From Planctomycetota bacterium (lineage in GTDB: Bacteria > Planctomycetota > UBA8108 > SXIK01), in contig CBDCXR010000004.1 in the NCBI GenBank assembly GCA_965223845.1, positions 6,976,001 through 7,040,000 on the forward strand: a stretch of 64,000 nucleotides of DNA. The letters are read 5' to 3'. Position numbers and translations under genes: made by a program. The notes under the pieces were generated by a model. The model was not told where the DNA came from, did not search any database, and was given only the letters and a program-made list of their open reading frames with translations. Each line of letters begins with the position of its first letter. Position 1 is the stretch's first letter. Of the stretch, positions 29,711 through 39,306 are shown one piece after another.

Positions 29711-32560
29711 TCACAGACAGTTCGGAGATCGAGAACACGGGAGCGGATCATCCGTCGGATCCATTCCGCACGCTTCGGTCGGCTCCGGGGGCGCGCTTCC
29801 CGTCCCGAAGAGGAAATTGAGAAGATACACCGGGTCGGCGATGTTGACGCCGCCGTCGTCGTTCATGTCCGCCGCATCTGCACAACGCGCTGGGAACCCG
29901 TTCGCGAAGAGCTCGTTCAGAGTGGCGATCGCGTCGGCGACGTTGCGCTCTCCGTCGCTGTTCGAATCGCCGCGCCAAAACGGGGCCGAGGAGCAATCGG
30001 ATTCGTACGCGCCGAGATCCACGCCACCGCCGCAGGGCCGGGTGTTTCCGGCGATGTCCTCGGCCGGGGCTCCCTCGAGTCCGCCCGCGTTGATTCCGGG
30101 TGAGCCCGGCTGAAGGCGGTAGTCGCCCGGATCGACGACGTGATCGGGGAGCGCGAACTCCATTCCCCCGATCTCGACGGGATTGTGTCGGTCGAAATCG
30201 AATCCACCGGGGTGAACGAAGGCCGGTGAGTCCGTAGCGAGAGAAAACTGCCGGGTCACCCCGACCGCGATCGTTCCGTTGACGAGCGTATTGAGTAGGC
30301 GCCCGCCGCGGACGTGACCGACGACGGTGCAGTTGACCAACGACGGGCCCGCGTTGTCGAACGACCCCGTGATGACTTCGGTCGGTGGTGCACCGGCGAT
30401 GAGGCAGTTCTCGAACCGGACTCCGTCCGCCCCGACGACGCCGTGCGCGACCGGGGCTCCGGCGATCGGCGCGCCGAGTTGAACTCGATTGCCGACGATG
30501 TGACAGCGGGAAAACGTCGTCTGCGACCGAAAGGCCGCGACCCCCGCCGACGACAGAAAGAAGCGGTGGAAGTAACCCCAAAGGAGGTTGTTCTCGATGT
30601 GGCATTCGACCACGTTCCCTTCGGCGAAGTCGCCGCAGGTGACACCTCCGCCGCCGTAGCGAGCAAGGTTTTCGACGATGCGGCAGCCCTCGACGAGAGG
30701 ATCGTCGAAGGAGCCGATCGTCACGCCACCGGATGCACCGTGCGTCACGGTGACATTGTCGAGAACCTCGCCGTCCCGAAGTCCGAGCACGGAACCGAAC
30801 AGCGTCGTCGTGCGCGCATTCGCTCCTCGGAGCGAGACTCGATGGGCCAGAGCCCCGACACGCAGATCGTACTCTCCCGCCGCAAGGTGGACCGTGCGGC
30901 GCTGTGCCTTCATCGTCTCGGCGACGCCGACCCGCGCGCCGATGTTCTCGCCGTTCGGGCCGGTCCCGATGCACGGCGAGCCCGGGCCGAGGCGATGGCT
31001 GAAACCGCTGAGCGCGGACATGAGCCGACGATACGGCGCGCCAGCGGAACCATCGCCTCCGGCGTCGGCGGTGCCGTCGACGAAGACTTCGTCGCTCGTC
31101 CAGCCTTCGAATCGAGGAGGCGCGTATTGATTCGTCGGTCCGAAATCCTCATGCACGGCGAAGTCGAGAACGGTTGGAGAAATGCAGCTGTGCGTGATGT
31201 GCACCGCGGGTTGCCGACCGAAGATCGAGCCTCCGGCGTTCTCGTAAAGGATCGTGCCGGTGATCGAGACCGGTGCGCTGAAATCGAGGAACAAGCCCCC
31301 TCCGCGCGCGGCCGCGTTCCCCGCGATGGTCGACGACGAGACGAGTACGCCGCCGCCGGCGGAGATTCCTCCACCGGTCGTCGCTCGGTTGCCGCTCAAG
31401 AGACAGTTCGTGAGCGTTCCCGATGCTTCGTAGTCGATCAAAAGCCCTCCTCCGTTCGCACCCGCTCGATTGTGGAGGAACGTGCAACTGTCGATCTGTC
31501 CGCGCGTTTGGTAGTCGATGTGAAGGCCGCCGCCCATTCCCATCGTCGAGTTTCCGATGAACGTGCTCGCGACGACCTCCACCGCGCCGTTCGGTAGAAA
31601 GATCGAGACCGCTCCCCCCTCGTTCGCACTCGTGTTCCCCTCGAAGTGGCAGTCGCGGATCGTCGCCTCTTGCGGGGCCGGAGCCGGGATGACTCCGCCG
31701 GCGAACATGTTGAAGCGCATCGCTCCGCCGCGATCGTTCGAGCGATTCTCGCGAAACGTCGAACCGAGGAGGCGAATCTCGTCCCCGCGAAAGCGGATCG
31801 CCCCGCCGTCGTCGCTCGCGGTGTTGCGAATGAACTCAACGTCCTCGACGACGAGCTGGCAGAAAAGCTCCGTTCCGATCGCTGCGCCGTCGGCCGCTTC
31901 GTTCTCGACGAACTCCCCGCCATGGATGCTCACACGACTGTCGTGTTCGAGAGACAGCCCTCCACCGACCGACGCATCGAAGCAGTTGGGGCAGGGGGAA
32001 AACTCGGCTCGGTTGTGCCGAATGCTATTGTTCACGAGGCGCGGCTGCGCTTCCCGTACGCAATGGATTCCTGCGCCGTGGTTCGCGGTGTTCTCGGTGA
32101 TGATGTTCCCCTCGATGAGCGGGGCTGCCACCGTGCCGCAGTAGATCCCGCCGCCGAGCTGGGTCGGGACGCCGAGGTGAAGTCCGCGCGTACCTCGGCC
32201 GCCGGTGATCGTGAATCCACGGAGAGTCGCCTCCGGGGGTTCCGCGCCGTCGAACGCGATGACGCTCGCGAACTGCGGGTCCGCGGGTTCTCCCATCGCG
32301 ATCACCGTCTCCGCGGCGCCCCCTTCGCTTTCGATGATGATCGCCTTCCCGAAGTAGCGAATCGGGGACGTGATCTCGTAGCGACCCGGCGCGACGAGGA
32401 TTCGGTCCCCGTCGACGGCCGCCTCGACGGCTCGGGCGATCGTCGCGTGGTCGGCAGGGACGCGCAGATCGGCTCCGAATGCCGCGTGCGAAGCACCGAG
32501 CGCGATGAACGTCGCCGTCAGGATTCGTCGGCGGGAAGTGGCGGAGAAGACCGCTTTCAT
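29711..32560 (-). CDS. Secreted right-handed beta-helix protein with C-terminal dockerin-like domain (paralogue B)
   Basis: Collinear with paralogue A along its whole length (949 vs 950 aa); FWRGDSNSDG tail. Confidence 0.85.
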   Translation of the reverse strand: MKAVFSATSRRRILTATFIALGASHAAFGADLRVPADHATIARAVEAAVDGDRILVAPGRYEITSPIRYFGKAIIIESEGGAAETVIAMGEPADPQFASVIAFDGAEPPEATLRGFTITGGRGTRGLHLGVPTQLGGGIYCGTVAAPLIEGNIITENTANHGAGIHCVREAQPRLVNNSIRHNRAEFSPCPNCFDASVGGGLSLEHDSRVSIHGGEFVENEAADGAAIGTELFCQLVVEDVEFIRNTASDDGGAIRFRGDEIRLLGSTFRENRSNDRGGAMRFNMFAGGVIPAPAPQEATIRDCHFEGNTSANEGGAVSIFLPNGAVEVVASTFIGNSTMGMGGGLHIDYQTRGQIDSCTFLHNRAGANGGGLLIDYEASGTLTNCLLSGNRATTGGGISAGGGVLVSSSTIAGNAAARGGGLFLDFSAPVSITGTILYENAGGSIFGRQPAVHITHSCISPTVLDFAVHEDFGPTNQYAPPRFEGWTSDEVFVDGTADAGGDGSAGAPYRRLMSALSGFSHRLGPGSPCIGTGPNGENIGARVGVAETMKAQRRTVHLAAGEYDLRVGALAHRVSLRGANARTTTLFGSVLGLRDGEVLDNVTVTHGASGGVTIGSFDDPLVEGCRIVENLARYGGGGVTCGDFAEGNVVECHIENNLLWGYFHRFFLSSAGVAAFRSQTTFSRCHIVGNRVQLGAPIAGAPVAHGVVGADGVRFENCLIAGAPPTEVITGSFDNAGPSLVNCTVVGHVRGGRLLNTLVNGTIAVGVTRQFSLATDSPAFVHPGGFDFDRHNPVEIGGMEFALPDHVVDPGDYRLQPGSPGINAGGLEGAPAEDIAGNTRPCGGGVDLGAYESDCSSAPFWRGDSNSDGERNVADAIATLNELFANGFPARCADAADMNDDGGVNIADPVYLLNFLFGTGSAPPEPTEACGMDPTDDPLPCSRSPNCL

Positions 32561-32638
32561 GAGGAACCTCGTGTCCTATCGAACCAGTTTGCTCGACCCG
32601 TCGGAACTTTCGGTGCGGCGGATGTCGTGTGAGTCATC

Positions 32639-35600
32639 CTACTGATGAGGTTCGCAGTCGATGTGGAGACGATCGGGAGGCGCTCCGCCCGAGAACAAAA
32701 ACGCGAGGAGGCGCTGGACGTCGTCGAATCCGATCGAACCGTCGCGATCGAGATCCGCGGCCGCTTCGCACGACGAGAGCTCCGCTCCGCGGAAAAGATG
32801 GTCGAGAAGGGCGATCGCGTCTCCGATGTCGACGCGGCCGTCGAAGTTGGCGTCTCCGAACAGAAGCTCGCGCCCGTAGTAAAACGCATCCGGTGCGAGC
32901 GCGGTGCCGACTTCGGTCGTCGCGAGTACGTCGACGCGCTCGATCGTTTCCCAAGCGGGGAAGCGTGCCTCGACGAGCTCGTCCGAAAGAACTCTCCACC
33001 GCGCGATGGGGCGTCCGTCGAGGTGGATCGAACGGAGCCCCGCGAATCCACGCCCTCGGATCTGCACGAGCGCCGGACGCCCGGGGGGGCCCCCAATCGG
33101 CGTCAGCTCGTCGATGCGCGGCTCCGTTGGCCCTGCGGCTCCGAACGCGCCGATGTCCCCGCCGTCGCGGGCCGCGCCGAGGCACGGCGAAGTGGATCGG
33201 AGTCTCCAGTCGTCTTCGCCGGCGAATTGTGGATCGGCGTCGATGCTACTCTCGCCGGGATCGATCCCGACCGCCGCGGCGGCGTCGAAGGAGACGTCGC
33301 AGTGACTGAGCGACACAGACGATGTCGAGTCGGCGCTGAGGTCGCGTTCATTCCCCCAGATGATCGAGCTGTGAAACGTCCCTCGCGCGGGCGCCGCGCC
33401 GCGATTCTTCACGAATGCGCGGATTCCCGTGGAGCACGCCGTCACGGTGTTGTGAGCGCCGTCCACCTCGGCGCCGTCTTTGAGCGCGATACCGTCGCGG
33501 CACCGCGCAACGACGTTACGGGAGACGAAAACCGACCCATCTCCCTCGATCGAGATGCCGCGGTCCGCGACATCGATGATCCGGTTCCCGACGACGGACG
33601 CGTTGACGCCGAAGAGATCGATGCCGTCGTCGGTGCCGCCGCGGATCGAATTGTTTTCGATCCGGGCGATCGCCCCATCGGGCGGTCCTCCGTCGAGATC
33701 GATTCCGTCCGCGTTGCCGAGAATATCGACCATCACGTTCGCGCGGCATATCACCCGCGCGCTTGTCGCGTGAACGGCTTCCCCGGTCGATTGAAACACG
33801 CAGTTTTCCACGGTCAGCGCGCCGCCTTTGGCATCGACGACGACGCGAGCGACGTCGCGAAAAGACGAGTGCCGGACGGTGAGCTCGGCGTTCTCCGCGG
33901 CGAGCAAAGGTGGGCGTATGAGCTCGGCGTCGCGATCGATGTTCCCCGGTGGATCTCCCGTCGAGACGTCGGCTGAGACATGCGTCAGCACGCCCCGTGA
34001 ACCTTCTCCGAAGACGAAGCTTCCCGCGAGGCCGTCGCCGATCAGCCGAACCGGAGCTTCGGCGGCGCCCGCGAGGACCAGCTCACCGGCGACCACGATG
34101 TCGGCACGTGGAAGCACGATGTCCGCACCCGCCTCGGCGGTCACGCTCGCTCCGACCGGGATTTCGAGGGATGGGGCGAGCAAGTACGGCGAGCCCGACG
34201 CGGTCCAGGTGGTCTCCCCGAGACCGACCGAGGACACGACGCGCTCGGGATCTACGAGCGTGACGCGAGCGTGGAGGACGTCGAGCTCGGTCCCGTCGTC
34301 CCCGATCGCAGCGACGATGAAGTCGCGTGATCCGTACGGCACGCGCACTCGCTTCGACCACCGGGCGATCACCGGATCATAATCGCACGGTTCGCCGTTG
34401 ACCGTGACCGTCGCAGTCGCTGCCGCGGGCGCTCGTCCCGAGAGCGAGACCCAGTGATCAAGGGTGTAGAGCTCTCCGCGACCGTACCAAACCGGAGGCG
34501 GATCGTCGCCCGCGTCGCTCGGCGTGATCGTCAGTCGACGCGGGATGCTCCGCGCGACGAACTCGCTTCGATCGAGAGCGAAGGTGACGAGATCGTCGAT
34601 GAGCTTCGCCGGCACGGCGGGGACGAGAAGCCCGACTTGATCGCTGATGGCCGCAGGATCGATCAGGTCCAATGCCTCCTCGAGCGCGGCCCAGTAGCGG
34701 CGGACGAAGCTCGGATGCGCGATGAGACGCCTCACCGCAGGAATGCTCGGGCGGAAGATCGGCTGGTGCGGGAGTAGGAACGTGCTGTCCATGTCCCAGG
34801 GGACGAGGATGAATCTTCCGCCCGGCGGCCGGTAGATGAAGTAGTCGTCGCCGGTGTCGCGGTGGAGGCCGCCTTCCTGATTGCTGAGGACGTCTTGAAT
34901 CGCAAACCAGCGGAGCCATTGGTCGACGTCGATGAGGGCGGCGATCGCCGCCGGAAACTCGTCGTCCGTCGAGCGGTGAAACGTTCGAGTGAGAGTGACG
35001 ATATCGCTCCAGTCTCCCTCGGCGACGTTCGTCTGCTTCTCGTAGAGGGGCGCGTAGGCAGCGGGATCTTCGCCGAGGTACGAGAAGTCCGCCGTCCGCA
35101 GACCGCGGTAGAGGTTTCCGTCCGGACCGTCGGCGCCGAAATGCCGGGTTAGCCACGCTTCGTCGACGGGTTCCATGCGAGCGTACTGCGGGTGAAACGT
35201 GCCGCCGACGAAGAGGCGGACGATGCGCGCCTTCGAGTAGACCATGCCGGCGCGGCGCCACACGTCCATCCCGAGCACCTGTCGCTCGGATTGGAACGCG
35301 TTGAAGAGGAGACGCGACGCGCTGACTCCTCCTTCGCGCGATGGCAACGTTACTTGGTAGGACTTGAGTCCAAAGAAGAGCGATCCGTTCCCGCGGAGTC
35401 GGACTTCTGCGCTTTGAAAGGACTCGCCGCCGCCGACAAAGCCCGCCGGCCGGCGAATCTTGTCCTCGAGCTGCAGCAACATGTCGAGCCGATCGCGTTC
35501 GCGGAGGACGATTCGGTACGTGTCGACGAGTATGGAGTCGCCGCGGTCGTCGACCTCGAGAAGGAAGGTCCCGGGGGATTCGCGCGGGAACGAGGTCTCG

Positions 35601-37789
35601 CCTCCCGCCATGCGTGCGGCGTACTCGATGCGCGCGCGATCGGGAATCCCGTCGAAGATCGCCTCGAGCACGGATCCGCGCGGCGCGAGGGGCAGCGTCC
35701 GGAACTCCTCCTCGCCGTCGAAGCGCCAGAGGAGCTCGGCCGGGGCCTCACTCGACGCGACGGCGCGAAACTGAATCGGTTCGCCGGGGCGGGGGACGAC
35801 CGGCTCGTGCCAGAGCAGCTCGATTCGCGGGCGGTCCGGTTCCGCGGCGACGGAGTTCCTCGCGCCGGGCGATCCCCCGGTCTCGGTCGACGCCGCCCAC
35901 GCCGCAGCGGAGAGCGCCGATCGTTCGACATCGATCCGCTCGAGCGAGGGACCTGCTCCGTCCGGAAGGCGAGGCCACGGCGCGCGATCGGAGTACGCGA
36001 CGCGATCGATTTCACGTCCACCCGCATCTCGGAGAACGACCACTTCGGCGTCGTTCGACAGTCGTCCGCGGTAGGGGCCGGTCACCCGTCCGCCCGCGAT
36101 CGGAGCGAGCGCGTCGGGCGTACGCGCAACGACGACGGATTCTCCCGCTTCGACCTCGTACCCCGGCGGGAATTCGAAGCGAACGGCATTCGAGATCTCC
36201 CAGCCCCCGAGTTGAGTCGCTTCGCGCGCGAAGAGCTCCACGAATTCGAGGTCGCCGTCGTCCGCGGGATGGTAGTGGATCTCCGAGATTACGACGGGCC
36301 CGGGCTCAGGTCGAGCGTTTGGCGACGCGGGAGTCGCGTGGGGAAGCGCGCGAACGACGCCGGCGCCATCGGGGTAGCGTCCGGCGACTCGGGTCGATGC
36401 ATCCCGGAGTGCGTTCGACGAGATCGCGTCGACGATCGTCTCCGTCTCTCGCTCGACGATCGCGATCGTCCGTCCGACCCAGTCCGTCGGGATTTCGACG
36501 GCGAGGAATGCACCCCCGGTGAGTTCGCCGCCGGGATCGTCGCGAAGACGCACTGGTGGCGTGTCGGCACCGCCACGAATCTCGAAGCCATTGGGGTCGA
36601 TCGAGTCGCCGCCGCGGTGGTAGATCTCGACGGTTGCACGCGCAGCATCTGCGTCGCCGACCGAGATCTCGTTCAGCGCGAGAGGCGGGACCGCGGGCGC
36701 CCGAGATCCACCGACGGTGATCGTGAGGCGCGCGTCGATCCCGAAGTCCGGACTCCGGACGTGTTGATTCGCTGCGAGAATCGCGAGCACGTTGTCGCCC
36801 CGCGAAAGGAGCGCTTCGAGTCCGCGGAGCGGAAGCTCTTCAGGAATCCCTTCCGCCTCCTGAGGACCGTCCGCCGTCGATTCGTGTGAGATCGCGTCGC
36901 CGGGTGCGCCGAGGTTTCGCCGCGCGACTTCGACACCGTTCAGAAACGCCACAAAGCCGTCGTCGAAGAGCGTCTCGAGCACCGCATCGAGAACCACTCC
37001 ACGCTCGCGGAACGAAAACTCGCGGCGGAGGTACACGGTCGAGTATCCGCCGTGCATGTCCTCGAGGACGGTCGCCTCCGATCGATTGCCGAAGCCAATC
37101 GGCGCTGAACCGGTCGCCCAGTCGCCGTCGTCGTACTCGGCGAAGGTCCAGGCGCTCGCTGGTCCCGGTGGCGGCGCGGTTCCCTTCCAGTAGCGCCAAT
37201 CGGTTCCGCGCACCACGAGATCTTCGGGCTCGGGCGACTGCGCGGCGAGTGCGTTCGGGCGTCCCGGAGAGCCGCCGTAGCGTCGCGACGTGGTCCACGA
37301 CTCCGGGTCGGCGGGATCGGCGATCGCCGCCTCGAGCTCGAGAGACGCTCCACCCCCGTTCGTTGCGAACGCGCGTGCGGGTGGATACTCGAGCGCACGA
37401 AGGACGTCCGCCCCGCGCCGGAGGACGAGGCGACCGCCGTCGCTCGAGAGCGTGCCCACGAACTCGCCGTCGGGGGCAAATCCGTACGCCGAGGCGAACG
37501 ACTCGGCGTCGCTCGCGAGGACGACGAATTCAGAGGGAGGAACTCGGAGATCCCCGAACGAGTAGGCGATTCCGCCGCCGATCTTGACGCCGGTGAGCTC
37601 GATCGTTCGGCGTGAGTGGTTCTGGAGCTCGACGAAGGCAGGAAATCCGAACGACGGCTCGGCCGAAACCTCGGTGAGGACGAGCGCTTCGGTGTCCTCC
37701 GCGGTCGCCGTACCGGCGAGGAGGAGAATCGCCGCGCCGACGCCGAGAGAGACGATCGCAGCGCCGCGCGCCGCTTCGCGCCGTTCCAC
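32639..37789 (-). CDS. Secreted lamin-tail / CotH kinase / beta-helix / IPT-TIG / dockerin multidomain protein
   Basis: GGAGG RBS before GTG 37789; LTD motifs (VVISEIHYHP..EFVEL, GSPG..N); CotH motifs RLRGN, NLY, YEKQTN and PWDMD; beta-helix DGIDLD; TIG domain; LFGDANFDG tail. Confidence 0.85.
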   Translation of the reverse strand: MERREAARGAAIVSLGVGAAILLLAGTATAEDTEALVLTEVSAEPSFGFPAFVELQNHSRRTIELTGVKIGGGIAYSFGDLRVPPSEFVVLASDAESFASAYGFAPDGEFVGTLSSDGGRLVLRRGADVLRALEYPPARAFATNGGGASLELEAAIADPADPESWTTSRRYGGSPGRPNALAAQSPEPEDLVVRGTDWRYWKGTAPPPGPASAWTFAEYDDGDWATGSAPIGFGNRSEATVLEDMHGGYSTVYLRREFSFRERGVVLDAVLETLFDDGFVAFLNGVEVARRNLGAPGDAISHESTADGPQEAEGIPEELPLRGLEALLSRGDNVLAILAANQHVRSPDFGIDARLTITVGGSRAPAVPPLALNEISVGDADAARATVEIYHRGGDSIDPNGFEIRGGADTPPVRLRDDPGGELTGGAFLAVEIPTDWVGRTIAIVERETETIVDAISSNALRDASTRVAGRYPDGAGVVRALPHATPASPNARPEPGPVVISEIHYHPADDGDLEFVELFAREATQLGGWEISNAVRFEFPPGYEVEAGESVVVARTPDALAPIAGGRVTGPYRGRLSNDAEVVVLRDAGGREIDRVAYSDRAPWPRLPDGAGPSLERIDVERSALSAAAWAASTETGGSPGARNSVAAEPDRPRIELLWHEPVVPRPGEPIQFRAVASSEAPAELLWRFDGEEEFRTLPLAPRGSVLEAIFDGIPDRARIEYAARMAGGETSFPRESPGTFLLEVDDRGDSILVDTYRIVLRERDRLDMLLQLEDKIRRPAGFVGGGESFQSAEVRLRGNGSLFFGLKSYQVTLPSREGGVSASRLLFNAFQSERQVLGMDVWRRAGMVYSKARIVRLFVGGTFHPQYARMEPVDEAWLTRHFGADGPDGNLYRGLRTADFSYLGEDPAAYAPLYEKQTNVAEGDWSDIVTLTRTFHRSTDDEFPAAIAALIDVDQWLRWFAIQDVLSNQEGGLHRDTGDDYFIYRPPGGRFILVPWDMDSTFLLPHQPIFRPSIPAVRRLIAHPSFVRRYWAALEEALDLIDPAAISDQVGLLVPAVPAKLIDDLVTFALDRSEFVARSIPRRLTITPSDAGDDPPPVWYGRGELYTLDHWVSLSGRAPAAATATVTVNGEPCDYDPVIARWSKRVRVPYGSRDFIVAAIGDDGTELDVLHARVTLVDPERVVSSVGLGETTWTASGSPYLLAPSLEIPVGASVTAEAGADIVLPRADIVVAGELVLAGAAEAPVRLIGDGLAGSFVFGEGSRGVLTHVSADVSTGDPPGNIDRDAELIRPPLLAAENAELTVRHSSFRDVARVVVDAKGGALTVENCVFQSTGEAVHATSARVICRANVMVDILGNADGIDLDGGPPDGAIARIENNSIRGGTDDGIDLFGVNASVVGNRIIDVADRGISIEGDGSVFVSRNVVARCRDGIALKDGAEVDGAHNTVTACSTGIRAFVKNRGAAPARGTFHSSIIWGNERDLSADSTSSVSLSHCDVSFDAAAAVGIDPGESSIDADPQFAGEDDWRLRSTSPCLGAARDGGDIGAFGAAGPTEPRIDELTPIGGPPGRPALVQIRGRGFAGLRSIHLDGRPIARWRVLSDELVEARFPAWETIERVDVLATTEVGTALAPDAFYYGRELLFGDANFDGRVDIGDAIALLDHLFRGAELSSCEAAADLDRDGSIGFDDVQRLLAFLFSGGAPPDRLHIDCEPHQ

Positions 37790-38027
37790 GTGGACCCCTC
37801 CTTCCAACTCTCGCGGGGCCGTCGAATCCCGGCCGGCCTCCTACCCTTGTGCTCGCTCCCGCCCGGACCCGCTCCCTATCTTACTAAAGCACGGAGAAAT
37901 CACGTTCCCAACGAGGATTCGAACCCGCCGCGCGCGGAGCCCGTCCGCACGGATCGTCCCTCCCGAGGCAAGCGCTCGACGACCGAAGTTCGGGGCTCGT
38001 TCGGCGCTGCGTACGACGCCGCGGGGG

Positions 38028-39230
38028 CTACTCCCAGACTTCGAAGGAAGGTCCGGGAAACACCGCGAGCACGCTCGGGGTGCCGCGATAGTAGGTTTGG
38101 TTCATCCCCGTATCGATCAGGATGACCCTCTGCGCGAAACGCGCGGCGATGCGTTTGCTCGGCGGCTGCGTGTGACCGATTACGACGGCGGCCGAGCGGT
38201 GGAACTCGAGAAGTCGGTCGACGTGCGGCGTGAGCCGCTGCTCCAGGCCTTCGGCGAGACCGCGGTACATCAACGGGCCGTCGTTCGCGAAGAGGACGCT
38301 CCGCGTCGCGCGCTCGATCGCGAGGAAATGCGGCCGGAGCTTCTCGTGAACGGATCCGGCTCGCCTCTCGAGCGCGATGAAATCGAGGAGTGCGAACCAC
38401 CCGAGCTCGCGGCGGTAGACGTCGAGTTTCTCGAGCGCTGCGACGGCTTGATCGACCTCGCGAAAGCGGTCGCGCGCGCGTCGGTTGAGCTCGTCGATGG
38501 AGACGGCCGCGTACGGTGGAGAGAGACCGGCGTGCACGAAGAGCACGTTCTCTTCGCGATGCGCGATCGGGCGCGCTCGGACCCACTTGCCGTAGCTTCC
38601 GTTCGGCGAGAACGCTTCGACGAAAGCGTAGAATCCGCGCGGGTACAAGCGATCGATCGTTCGCTCATTCAGCCTCCGAGCGAGGTCGCGGTGAAAGCTC
38701 GATCGAACGAGCGGAGACGGCTCGCGCAGCATCGACAGAATCGCTTCGCGCCGCCGCGATCGCAGCTCCGCCGTCTCGTCCTTTGCGAACGCGCCGATCT
38801 CCCCCGGGGAAACGTACTCGAGGTACCCGAGGGCGACCCAGGCTTCGTGATTTCCGAGCAGAACGACGACGCGTCCGCCTGCGGTGCGGGCCTCCGATTC
38901 GAGACGGCGGAGAAGGTCGACCGCTAGACGTGAATCCGGCCCCCGATCGACCACGTCACCGGTTTGAACGAGGTGACGCTTCCCCGCGGCCCACCGATCC
39001 TCAGCGTCGATGATCTTCGCGTTTCGGAGCAGGCGGTGAAACGTCTTGTAGTCACCGTGGATGTCCCCAACGGCGAGGAGTCGAGCCGAGCGCTTCGGCG
39101 TCGTCGACGCGGGTGCTTCGGCGCGGTCGGCGTCGCTGCGCGCGCCCGAGCTCTGTGGAGACGCCAACAGCGCCCCGAAAACGAGGACGGCGACTCCTGC
39201 GATCGATACGAATACGGCGAAGGGTTTCAC
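38028..39230 (-). CDS. Exported calcineurin-like metallophosphoesterase (Shewanella-like protein phosphatase type)
   Basis: GDIHG, GDVVDRG, GNHE, HAG, GHT and IDTG motifs; N-terminal hydrophobic signal/anchor. Confidence 0.85.
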   Translation of the reverse strand: MKPFAVFVSIAGVAVLVFGALLASPQSSGARSDADRAEAPASTTPKRSARLLAVGDIHGDYKTFHRLLRNAKIIDAEDRWAAGKRHLVQTGDVVDRGPDSRLAVDLLRRLESEARTAGGRVVVLLGNHEAWVALGYLEYVSPGEIGAFAKDETAELRSRRREAILSMLREPSPLVRSSFHRDLARRLNERTIDRLYPRGFYAFVEAFSPNGSYGKWVRARPIAHREENVLFVHAGLSPPYAAVSIDELNRRARDRFREVDQAVAALEKLDVYRRELGWFALLDFIALERRAGSVHEKLRPHFLAIERATRSVLFANDGPLMYRGLAEGLEQRLTPHVDRLLEFHRSAAVVIGHTQPPSKRIAARFAQRVILIDTGMNQTYYRGTPSVLAVFPGPSFEVWE

Positions 39231-39306
39231 TCCGAATTCATACCAGATCGCGGGGCGAATCGCATCCGCTGACGACTGGGGGGCGGCTCCGAGGCTCGCG
39301 TCAGAA

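Noticed and set aside
26849-32560. Repeated DNA between the beta-helix paralogues as a DGR template/variable repeat
   Set aside because: Similarity extends over the whole genes, differences are not adenine-specific, and there is no reverse transcriptase in the window.
37905-37990. GGGTTCGAATCC T-loop-like motif on the minus strand (tRNA or attachment-site remnant)
   Set aside because: The T-stem pairs poorly, no acceptor, D or anticodon arms can be formed, and no integrase is nearby.
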